The position numbers were made by a program, and so were the translations under genes. DNA of 64,000 nt. Source: an uncultured delta proteobacterium (GTDB taxonomy: Bacteria > Desulfobacterota > Syntrophia > Syntrophales > UBA5619). Each line of letters begins with the position of its first letter. Position 1 is the first letter of the stretch. Of this stretch, positions 20,147-29,485 are shown one piece after another. The notes below the pieces were generated by a model, which had not been told where the DNA came from, did no database searches, and was given only the letters and a program-made list of their open reading frames with translations. The stretch is from positions 1,440 to 65,439 of the forward strand of contig CAWJHT010000046.1 of assembly GCA_963842685.1 (NCBI GenBank). The letters are read 5' to 3'.

Positions 20147-20923
20147 ATGGAATCCTGCTGTTGCTTGCTGATCATGGGCCTCGGCTCCCTCCTGTCCGGC
20201 TGCGCCGGCAGGAGAGTCGCCGTGTCCGGAAGTGAATATCTCTCGCCGGAAGCCGCCCTCAGGGCGCTGGCATCGTCCGATCCCGGCGATCGGACACTCA
20301 CGGTGACGGCCCGGATCGAAATCAAAAGGCACAGCGAGCGACACCTCCTGAAGGCCGCATTGATGATGAAAAGACCGGCGCATCTCCGGCTGGAATCGAT
20401 TCCTCTCTTCGGTCCTCCCGATTTCTTCCTTTCGATCGAGGCAGGCGAAATCCGCGTCTTTTTCCCGGGAAAGGAGACTTTCTACGTAGATCGGGCCACA
20501 GAGGGGAATCTTTCCCGATTCTTCCCACTGGCCCTGCCGGCCGCAGAGACAGTCTCCCTCCTGATGGGCCGCTTGCCGGAGACAGAGGAGACGGTTTCTT
20601 CCTGGTTGCGGGGGAATGGGAGGATGGCATGTACCGGGTCGATCAGTACAGATCCGGAGGGAAAATCCTCTCTCTCTGGATCGATCCGGCAGGGGATCTC
20701 CTCCTCCGGATTCGGACATTTACAGAGGGAGGGAGATATCGCATATACCGCCGAATTTGCAGAGCATACCCGTGCGGGAGAGGGTTTCCTGCCGCAGCGG
20801 TTGACGATTACCAGAGGGGCCGTGTCGCTGACGGTCCGCTACACGGATGTCCGCCTGGACAATGACGGTGAGTCCTTCGCCCTGCCTGTCCCGGAGGGGA
20901 TCACCCCTCTCCCGCTCGAATAG
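20147..20923 (+). CDS. Outer-membrane lipoprotein of the LolB/DUF4292-like type, with two compensating frameshifts
   Basis: Signal peptide plus lipobox (MESCCCLLIMGLGSLLSGC). The segment 20629..20735 reads better in another frame (MYRVDQYRSGGKILSLWIDPAGDLLLRIRTF). The family call is from memory and is weak. Confidence 0.5.
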   Translation: MESCCCLLIMGLGSLLSGCAGRRVAVSGSEYLSPEAALRALASSDPGDRTLTVTARIEIKRHSERHLLKAALMMKRPAHLRLESIPLFGPPDFFLSIEAGEIRVFFPGKETFYVDRATEGNLSRFFPLALPAAETVSLLMGRLPETEETVSSWLRGNGRMACTGSISTDPEGKSSLSGSIRQGISSSGFGHLQREGDIAYTAEFAEHTRAGEGFLPQRLTITRGAVSLTVRYTDVRLDNDGESFALPVPEGITPLPLE

Positions 20924-20939
20924 AAACGGGTTTTCGATA

Positions 20940-21846
20940 TTATTTGATTTCGAGGAGTTTCGCCCGCGCGATCCGCGCCTGACTCGTATTGGGAAAATCC
21001 TTGATCACCTGCTGCAGGAGGAGTTTGGCGCTCGCCTTATCCCCTAATTTCAGGAAGGAGAGGCCCTGTTTCAGGAGGGCGTAGGGAACCTTGTTACCCT
21101 CCGGGAAGTTCTTGGTGACCTTTTCGTATTCGACGATCGCCTTTTCGTATTTTTTCTCGAAATAGTAACATTCGCCGATCCAGAACTGGGCGTTGTCGGA
21201 AAATTCCGTATCGGGGTACTGCTTGAGGAAATTTTCGAATGCCTCTCTCGACTTCTCATACTTCGCCTCTCGAAAAAGCTCATAGGCCGCTGCGTAAAGG
21301 GATTCCTTGTCCGTCTTGACCTTGCCGGCCGCATCCTTCGGTGGCGGGCGCCGGCGGTTTTCCGTTCTTCTCCCCTGCGGCGTCCACCGTCTCTTCCTTC
21401 TTGCCGATCCCGAGGAAATTCTCGATGAAGTTGATCTTGAACGTCAGGTTGTCCAGCTTTTCCCGGAGGGCCTTCTCCTCCTCCTCCCGCTTGCTCGTCC
21501 TGGCAGCGCTGGCGGACAGATCCTTTCTGAGACCATCGATGGTCCCTCTGATCTGCTGGATCTGGTCCCTGATCTCGGTCATATCGGCCCGGCCTTCCGC
21601 CTGTCCGCTGCGGAGCGGTTTGAACGCCTCGGCGGTTTTTTCGTTGGCTTTTTCAATCTCCTTGCGGAGACCGGCAATTTCACCCTTTACGCCGACCGAT
21701 CCCAGCTCGACGCCGGCGATCTTCTCGTTGGTCAGCTGAATCTGATGGTTCAGATCACCGCGAACCCGCCGAAGATCATCCGTCGTGGCGCATCCGGCCA
21801 CGGACAGGATTGCGATGAAAACCAGGATGGACAGATGTCTTTGCAA
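20940..21846 (-). CDS. cpoB: Tol-Pal system protein CpoB/YbgF, with one frameshift near 21345
   Basis: Lipoprotein-type signal (ILSVAGC) and a coiled-coil N-terminal half. The C-terminal TPR half lies in another frame (LYAAAYELFREAKYEKSREAFENFLKQYPDTEFSDNAQFWIGECYYFEKKYEKAIVEYEKV...). It is the last gene of the tol-pal row. Confidence 0.8.
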
Positions 21847-22073
21847 GACCGTTCCTTTTGCGGTTATAGACCGCCTGTATGCTTTGCGCTATCGAATAAG
21901 GATCCTGTGAGCCCGGCGCTTCGACAGGACTCACAGGATCCTACTTCCTTCAGACAGGTCAAGCCCCATGATCCACACTTCCACAACAGGCAGGATTCAC
22001 CTGCCTTACCTGCCACCGTGAGCCAGCGGTGGGCTTTCGGCTGAGCCGTCCCTATCCTCAAATCAGGAGAACA

Positions 22074-22731
22074 TTACTTCACCGGCGGGAAGATGACGAA
22101 GTGGGCCCTTCTGTTTTTTGCCCAGGCCGCTTCGTCATGCCCCTTATCCAGAGGCATTTCCTTGCCGTAGCTGATCGTCTTGATTCTTTCCTTCTCGATG
22201 CCCAGATCGGCGAGGTATTTGGCGGCTTCATCCGCACGCTTCTGGCCGAGCGCCAGGTTGTATTCCACGGTGCCCCGCTCGTCGCAGTGACCTTCCACCA
22301 CGAGTTTATACTCCCTGTATTTCAGATACGCCGGGGCGCCCGCTTTCAGGATCGCCTGGGCCGCCGGTTTAAGGTTGTACTTGTCGTAATCGAAGTTGAT
22401 ATCCGGAATCTGGAGTTCTTTCAGAATCGCCGCCGCCTTCGCCGCCGCTTCTTTCTTGGCCTTTTCGGCCGCTTCCTTCGCCGCCTTCGCCGCCGCTTCC
22501 TTCTCGGCCTGTTCCCTCAACTCCTGTTCACGCAGCGCCCTTTCCCTGGCGGCGGCAGCCTGATCCGCCGCCGAAGACGCCCTGCCGGCCCCTTTGTGAC
22601 CGCTGCTTCTGCTCCTGGGTAGTCGCCGTGTCTGATTTCAGCCCCGCTTTCTTGGCGCAACCGGTGAGGAATGTGACGGAGAGACATAAAACCAGGGCGA
22701 TCAGCCCTACCCAAAACAAGTTTCTTTTCAT
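22074..22731 (-). CDS. pal: Peptidoglycan-associated lipoprotein Pal, with one frameshift near 22600
   Basis: Lipobox FLTGC, then a long Ala/Lys/Glu-rich linker. The OmpA-like domain follows: INFDYDKYNLKPAAQAILK...VVEGHCDERGTVEYNLALGQKRADEAAKYL...ISYGKEMP. Confidence 0.85.
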
Positions 22732-22879
22732 TATCATTCTCCTTTCTTGGATCAATCGGTTTAGTGGCCCAAATAAGTGACTCACTAAATATAAACCACT
22801 ACTGTCGACAAAAATCAACCAAAAAATGGGAATTTTTTTAAATCTGTCTGTAACACATGAGAATCATCACCGATCTGTA

Positions 22880-24185
22880 TCAGCGCAGATGGGGAGACCA
22901 GAAGGGGCTCTGGCAGCCGTCATTCCCCTCATGCAGCACCCGGGGATTCTGGCCGTTCGCGTTCATGATCTCGATCCTGCTTCGGCCGTTTCCCCGTACA
23001 CTGTAAGCCAGATACCTGCCATCCGGCGACCAGGAGGGAGATTCATGATCGCCCCGTGCAAAGGTCAGCTGCTGGGGGACGCCACCCTCCTCATTGATGA
23101 CGAAGATCTGAAAGTGGCCATTGACGGACCCCTCGTAGGCAATCATCTTCCCTTTCGGCGACCAGGCGGGTGAGGTGTTGTAATTTCCCTCCACGGTCAA
23201 CCGCCGCACGTTGCCGCCGTCGGCATCCATGACATAGATCTGCGGAGATCCGTTGCGGTTCGAGACGAAGGCAATCCGCTTTTCGTCAGGGGAACGGACA
23301 GGGGACACATCGATGGAAAATTCACGAGTCAGGCGCTGAAGAAGCTTGTTTCCCACGGTCATGTCATAGATCTCCTGATTTCCATCCCGGCTCAGCGTCA
23401 CCAGGAGCCTCGCACCGTCGCGGGACCAGGAACCGGGAAGGTTGAGCCCCGGATAGGAGATGATTTTCTCCGTCTTTTCAGTTACAAGATCCCGGAGATA
23501 GATGTCCGGTTTGCCGTCTTTGTAGGAGGTGAAGGCCAGCAGCCGGCCGTCGGGAGACCAGCGCGGCGAGAGGGTCAGGGAGTTGTAGTTTGTGATCCGG
23601 CGGAGGTCGGAACCATCGAAATTGATCGTATAGAGATCCGCAGCGGAAGCCGTTTTCTTGACGAAGGCAATCCGGGTGTCGAACAGACCCGTTTCTCCCG
23701 TAAGGGCCTGTAGGACCTCGTTTGCGAACTGCATGACCATGCGGTTTTTGTCATCGGGCGTCCCGATATACCTCTTCCCGACGACAAGCTCCCCCTTCAC
23801 CACATCAAACAGGCGGAACTCCGTAAGTCAACTGTCGGCCGTCCGTCTGAAATCCGCCCTTGATGAGATATTCGGCGCCGATCGTCACCCAGTCTGCAAA
23901 ACGGGTCCCCTCCCCCGTGATTCCCGCCCGGCTCGGATCCTCCAGAAAGGCCCTCCGGTCGATGACATTGAAGTAGCCTGTGATCAGCAGATTCCGGGAG
24001 AGGGTATCGGCAAACCAGACGGGGAAATCACCCGTCTCGGCTCCGGGCCGCAGGGATTTGAACTCAGTGATCGCAATGGGGAATTTTTGAAAAGAGGGAG
24101 AATCGATGTCGATATAGACCTTTCCGTACACCGGGCTGCTGAGAAACAGCAAGAGCAGGAAGAGACTTGAAATCGCCAGACGCAT
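22880..24185 (-). CDS. tolB: Tol-Pal system beta-propeller protein TolB, with one frameshift near 23810
   Basis: The N-terminal domain is in ORF 23805..24185 (signal peptide, then YIDIDSPSFQKFPIAITEF). The beta-propeller is in ORF 22880..23803, with repeated SP.WSPDG motifs. Confidence 0.9.
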
Positions 24186-24226
24186 TCGGATTTTGCATGC
24201 AAACCTCCCTTTTCTAAATCAGCCCA

Positions 24227-25000
24227 TTAGGACTTCAATTCCGACGAATGAAAGCGGATCCCCACCCCGAGACTGTTTTCCCCGATCCACGCCGGCAGAG
24301 GCGGCAAGGGGCTCGCCTTCCGGATGGCTTTCATGGCGGATTCATCAAAATAGCGGTTTCCCGACCGTTTTTCAAAATTGACCTGCGTAACCGCCCCGCT
24401 GCGCAGGATGGTCACATCGATCACCGTTTCGAGCACCTCGCCCGGAAGGATCCCCTGGGGAAGCGCCCACTTCCCCTTGATCCGCGACCAGATCATCGCA
24501 TAGTAGGCACGCATCTGCGCATTCATCTCCGCGGTCCCGGGTTGAGAAGCAGAACCAGCGGTACTCTCCGTCTTCTCTACCTTCTCGGTCTTCTCCGGAG
24601 CAGCCTTCACCTGGGCTTGCTTGGATGCACCGGTCGCGGCCGCCTTTTTTCGGATTTCCTCCATCGCCTTATCGAGGGTCGGATCCTCTTTCTTCCGGGT
24701 CTCCAGGCTGCGGATGGGGATTTCCTGTGCCGGCTCCAGTTGCTTCTTCAGGACCATCTCGGGACGGTTGGCGGTCATGAGCTCCTTGGCCACCGCCGAA
24801 GCGCTCTTCTGTTCCAGGACATTTCCGGGAAGACTGACCAGGGAGACGGTATAGACCGGTCCGAAGGTCAGTTTCGGCGAAGGGAAGGAAGGGGAAAGAA
24901 AGAGGAGGGAGAGAACCACAACATGGAACAGCAGGGAGATGAAGATCATGCCGTTCAGACGGAATCCGTCTTGCCTGCCCATGTCGGACCTTTCAGACAT
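24227..25000 (-). CDS. tolA: TolA/TonB-family energy-transducer protein (tolA position)
   Basis: The start ATG (complement of 24998-25000) overlaps the tolR stop as ATGA. The protein has a TM anchor (MIFISLLFHVVVLSLLF), a charged linker and a TonB_C-like C-terminus (YYAMIWSRIKGKWALP...VIDVTILRSGAV...SAMKAIRKASPLPPLP). Confidence 0.75.
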   Translation of the reverse strand: MSERSDMGRQDGFRLNGMIFISLLFHVVVLSLLFLSPSFPSPKLTFGPVYTVSLVSLPGNVLEQKSASAVAKELMTANRPEMVLKKQLEPAQEIPIRSLETRKKEDPTLDKAMEEIRKKAAATGASKQAQVKAAPEKTEKVEKTESTAGSASQPGTAEMNAQMRAYYAMIWSRIKGKWALPQGILPGEVLETVIDVTILRSGAVTQVNFEKRSGNRYFDESAMKAIRKASPLPPLPAWIGENSLGVGIRFHSSELKS

Positions 25001-25425
25001 CACCTGGTTTCCTCGGGCGGCTCGGTGATCATCCCCAGCTTGTCCACACCGGCCTTTCTCACTTCGGCCATCACCTCGACCACGAATCCGTAAGGGACGT
25101 TCCTGTCCGCCCGCAAATAGACCTCGCGCTCGATCCGAGACGCAAAGATATGTTCCAGCTTCGTACCGAGATCCGTAAGCGACATCCTCGTTTTGTTGAG
25201 GAAGATCTCTTTCGCGCCGTTGATGGTCAGCACCAGTTTCTCCTCCGCGACGTCCACGCTTTTCGCCTTGACGCGGGGCAGATTGACATCGATTCCCATC
25301 TGCAGCATCGGCGCCGTCACCATGAAGATGATCAGCAGCACCAGCATCACGTCCACAAGGGGGGTGACATTGATCTCGGCCATCGGCCGGTTGTCGGTAT
25401 TGTTTCTGCGCTTTGCGTATCTCAT
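25000..25425 (-). CDS. tolR: TolR (ExbD/TolR family)
   Basis: Intact 141 aa. MAEINVTPLVDVMLVLLIIFMVTAP is the family signature. Confidence 0.85.
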   Translation of the reverse strand: MRYAKRRNNTDNRPMAEINVTPLVDVMLVLLIIFMVTAPMLQMGIDVNLPRVKAKSVDVAEEKLVLTINGAKEIFLNKTRMSLTDLGTKLEHIFASRIEREVYLRADRNVPYGFVVEVMAEVRKAGVDKLGMITEPPEETR

Positions 25426-25431
25426 GACCCC

Positions 25432-26158
25432 TCACTTCTTGACGTAATACCGTTCGACGATGTTGAGCAGCTCCGAGGCGAAATTGTCCATCTCGAGGGT
25501 CATGCTCTTGATCCGGTTCAGGTAGTAGTTGTAGAAGATGACGGCCGGGATGGCGGCCGCGAGGCCCGCCGCCGTCGCGATCAGCGCCTCCGAGATCCCC
25601 GGCGCCACGACGGCCAGGGTCGCCGATCCGCGGGCGCCGATCCCCTTGAAGGTATCCATGATCCCCCAGACGGTTCCGAACAGGCCGATGAAGGGGCTGG
25701 CGCTTCCCGTGGTCGCCAGAAACCCGAGGGCCGCTTCCAGTTTGGTTGTCTGCTCTCCGCAGGCCCGGTTCATCGCCCGCTCCACATTGTCGATGCCGGC
25801 GATTTCGATCCCCTGGCCGCCCGCTTCCGGGGCGTCCTTCCCCGGGGGATTCCCCCGCACCGTCTTGGTGAGTCTTCGCAAGTTCCGTATACCCGGCCCG
25901 GAATACCTCCGCCAGCGTCGAATTCCGGAACTTCTTCGCCTCGGGGAAGATCTCCGACAGTTTCGTGCTCTTCATGTAGGAACTCAGGAAGAATTCGTTC
26001 TCTTTCTTGATCTTCCGGATATTGAAGTATTTCATCAGGATGATGGCCCAGGAGACGACGGAAAAGATCAGCAGGAGCAGCAGAACCAGTTGGACGACGA
26101 ATCCCGCATGAACCACCATGTCGAAAAGACTGCCATTGAAATTTCCTCCCAGGTTCAT
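25432..26158 (-). CDS. tolQ: TolQ (MotA/TolQ/ExbB proton channel), with one frameshift near 25880
   Basis: The N-terminus is MNLGGNFNGSLFDMVVHAGFVVQLVLLLLLIFSVVSWAIILMKYFNIRK. The C-terminal half, in ORF 25432..25881, reads LATTGSASPFIGLFGTVWGIMDTF...VAPGISEALIATAAGLAAAIPAV. Confidence 0.85.
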
Positions 26159-26293
26159 CGCGGCCACTGTCGAAACTTCTTTCACGTTCAATCTCCTTAT
26201 GTGCAAAATAGAAAAGACGGCGACCACATCTAATGGAAAAGACGGGACTTGTCAAGGACCGATGACCCCAATCGGCCCTTTAGTGAAAGAAGA

Positions 26294-27245
26294 TCAAAGA
26301 GATTCCGGCGTAAAAGCCACCACGGCATCGATGGTCGTCTGATCGGCAAGGATCATCGCAAGGCGGTCCATGCCAAGGGCAATACCTGCGGAGGGAGGCA
26401 TCCGGGAAAGGGCGGCAAGAAAGCGTTCCGGCAGGGGATAGGGGAGGCCGTTTTTCAGACGTCGGTCACGGGAGGCCTCCTCGAATCGCCGTCGCTGCTC
26501 CACCGGATCGGTCAGCTCGGAAAAGGCATTGGCCAGTTCCAGACCGGCGATATAGAGTTCGAAACGTTCGGCGACCTCCCGGTCCTCTGCCTTCACCCGC
26601 GCCAGGGCGCCCAGTGCCGCGGGATATTCATACAGGAAAACGGGCTGTTCCCTGCCGAGATGGGGTTCGATCGCGCAGACCATGATCTCGTCGAAACGAT
26701 CCTGCTCAGAGCCTCTTCGACGCTGACCCCTGCATAACGGGCGAAGGCCTCCCGAACGGTGATCCTCTCCCAGGGAGGCGTCAAACAGATCCTCCGCTCC
26801 CTGCCAGGAAACAACGTCCGCCCAGGCCGAGCTCTCCGGCAATCCGGGAGATCAGGATCTCGCAGTCGTCCATCAGCGTCCGGTAATCGGTTTCCGCCCG
26901 ATACCATTCGAGCATGGTGAATTCCGGCAGGTGACGGGCGCCCCGCTCCCCGGCGCGAAAACATTTGCAGATCTGGAAGATTTTCGGATAACCCGCCGCC
27001 AGGAGTCTCTTCATGCAGAGCTCCGGGGAGGTCTGGAGGAACCATTCGCCCGAGGCGACGGCATCGATATGGGATTCCGGCGCCGGCGCCGGAATCCGCA
27101 GGGGCGTTTCGATTTCGAGAAAATCCTGATCCAGGAAGAACCGGCGGATCGCCCGGATCATCGCCGCCCGGAAGCTTCTCAGAGCATCCGCTTTACAGGC
27201 GGCTTCAGTCTCGCCACGTCCTCTCGATTGCGCATCGGCTTTCAC
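26294..27245 (-). CDS. epmA: EF-P--(R)-beta-lysine ligase EpmA (GenX/PoxA, truncated class II LysRS paralog), with about 3 frameshifts
   Basis: Motifs IRRFFLDQDFLEIETP, LQTSPELCMKRLLAAGYPKIFQICKCFRAGERGARHLPEFTMLEWY, ELANAFSELTDP and GIALGMDRL. The pieces are ORFs 26781..27245, 26593..27045 and 26294..26842. Confidence 0.8.
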
Positions 27246-27266
27246 TCCAAATCAATGACCAAGTCG

Positions 27267-27830
27267 TCATCCCTTGACCCGGGTCAGGTACTCTCCGCTG
27301 CGGGTATCGATCCGGATCTTTTCTCCCTCCTCGATGAAGGGGGGAACCTGGAGCTGATAACCCGTCTGGACGGTGACCGGTTTGGTGTTTCCCGAAACGG
27401 AATCCCCCTTGGCCCAGGGATCGGCCTTGGTCACCATCACATCGATGAAATTGGGCAGGCTGATCCCCAGCGGCCGGTCCTCGAAGAAGAGGATCTCCAC
27501 CTCGATGTTGTCCAGGAGAAAATTTTTCGCCTCGCCGACCTGATCCTCGGTGAGGAAGACCTGCTCGTAGCTCTGGTTGTCCATGAAGCAGTACTTCCCC
27601 TCTTCCTGATAGAGGTACTGCATCTTCTTCTCCTGCAGATCGGCCGCCTCAAAGATATCGACGGAACGGAACGTCCGCTCGAACTGGTTTCCATTGACCA
27701 TGTTCTTCAGCTTGCAGCGGTAGAGCGCCTGTCCTTTGCCCGGTTTGACAAAGTTGAATTCCGTCACGATATACGGATCGTTATCGATCTTGATCCGCAG
27801 TCCTTTTCTCAAATCGCTGGCTGTGTACAT
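27267..27830 (-). CDS. efp: Translation elongation factor P
   Basis: Intact 187 aa. The modification loop VKPGKGQA carries the conserved Lys. Confidence 0.95.
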   Translation of the reverse strand: MYTASDLRKGLRIKIDNDPYIVTEFNFVKPGKGQALYRCKLKNMVNGNQFERTFRSVDIFEAADLQEKKMQYLYQEEGKYCFMDNQSYEQVFLTEDQVGEAKNFLLDNIEVEILFFEDRPLGISLPNFIDVMVTKADPWAKGDSVSGNTKPVTVQTGYQLQVPPFIEEGEKIRIDTRSGEYLTRVKG

Positions 27831-27935
27831 ATTCTTCCCTTCTCCTTTTCGTCAAAAAACGCCTCCTAACAATCCCTTCCTGTCCCTGCGCCTCTCCGGG
27901 CGGAGGAATCTCCCTGCATATCCTCCGTACATTTT

Positions 27936-29006
27936 CTAATCCATCCGTTTTATCTTGTCAAAAGAATGTTGATCGCGACAGGCCTCTCTCTCGGGCAGAA
28001 GGGAAAAAGGCTGGAGGGGGATCTTACCCCTCCCGCCCGGGCAATCCAGCACGTAACGGGGGAGGCAGAGCCCGGAGATGTTGCGCCAGAGCCTCTCCAT
28101 GATCTCCATGCCGTCCGAAAGATCTCCGCCCGGAAATGATTCACACCGCGGACCGGATCGCACTGAAACAGGTAGTAGGGACTGACCGAGATCCGCTCCA
28201 GACCGTAGAGAAGATCCCGCATCGTCTCGTAGTCGTCGTTGACCCCCTTGAGCAGGACCGACTGATTGGAGACGGGGATCCCGGCCATCAGCAGCATCTC
28301 GCATGCCCGCGTGGATTCCGGTGTGATCTCTCTGGCATGATTGAACTGCGTGTTGAACCAGAGCGGCCGGTGCCGCTTCAGCATCGCGCAGAGCTCCGGC
28401 GTGATCCGCATCGGCAGGGTGACCGGCGCCCGGCTTCCGATGCGGAGGACCTCCACATGGGGAATCGCCCGGAGAGCCCCCAGAAACCAGTCGAGGAGGC
28501 TTTCGGAGAGGAGGAGAGGATCGCCTCCGGAGACGATCACCTCCCGCAGGGCCGGCGTCCGGGCCACATAATCCACCATCGTCTGCAGCCATTCCCGCGT
28601 CCCCGGGGATCTTTTTTTACCGCGCCACATCCGCTTGCGGTTGCAGTGCCGGCAGTAGACGGCGCAGACGCTCGTGACGATCGCCAGACAGCGATCGGGA
28701 TAGCGGTGGATCAGCCCCGGAACCGGCATCGCCCTCTCCTCATCGAGAGGATCGTCGGCGTCTCCCAAAGAGAGATCGAGCTCCCGGAGATCGGGAAAAC
28801 ACTGCCTGCGGAGGGGATCGCTTTCCTCCGCCGCATCCAGGAGCGACAGATAATAGGGGGTGATCGCCATGGGATAGGTTCTGACGACAGACCCGTACTG
28901 CCGGCGATGACAGGACAGGCTCGTTCATTATTGAGGCAAGCTGCCTGGGGGAGCGAACCCGATTCCGGAACTGCCATTTCCAGTCGCCCCACTGCGAAAC
29001 GGACAC
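27936..29006 (-). CDS. epmB: EF-P beta-lysylation protein EpmB (KamA-family lysine 2,3-aminomutase-like radical SAM), with about 2 frameshifts
   Basis: The N-terminus WKWQFRNRV is in ORF 28740..29006. The radical SAM cluster motif is CAVYCRHCNRKR. Then come GGDPLLL and SPYYLFQCDPVRG. The C-terminus is in the 27936..28592 frame (LPRYVLDCPGGRGKIP). Confidence 0.8.
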
Positions 29007-29485
29007 CCTCCTCCAGGGTTCCCTGCCGATCTTGTTGCCGCTTATGAAGCTCCCGCCACCGCGTCCGGTCTTTTCGGCAAGGAAGAACTCCGTTTTTTGT
29101 TGCGCCCCTTATCCAAGCATACCAGTGAGGGCTTGCGGGCTGCTCTCCCGTCTACATTTTTCAATCCGGATGGCCTCGTCAATGTCTTCAAAGCCCTAAG
29201 ATGAATTCTTCAAAGGGACGCTTTCTATCACAATCTCCGTCCCCTGCAAAGGAGAATGGACAAACCGCAAAGGAGGAAAATCCGTACCACTTATCTCAGA
29301 GCGTCCGCAAGAAATGATTTGCTTTGTCCTCGGGGATTTTATATCTTTAACTCCCTGGATGGGATAGTGGTCTTCCCGATTCACGCCTCATACCGGGGCC
29401 CGGTTCGGCCCATTCCGTCATTGTCCGGATAATCTTCCACGCACCCTTGCAAGGAGGGTTTAACCACAAGAAGGGAGATGGCCCA

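Noticed and set aside
24227-26227. A single 666-aa minus-strand ORF that looks like a giant Tol protein
   Set aside because: It is a chimera. It begins with the genuine TolQ N-terminus, reads out of frame through the rest of tolQ and all of tolR after the frameshift near 25880, and ends with the genuine TolA. The tolR and tolQ C-terminal sequences are found intact in the other frames.
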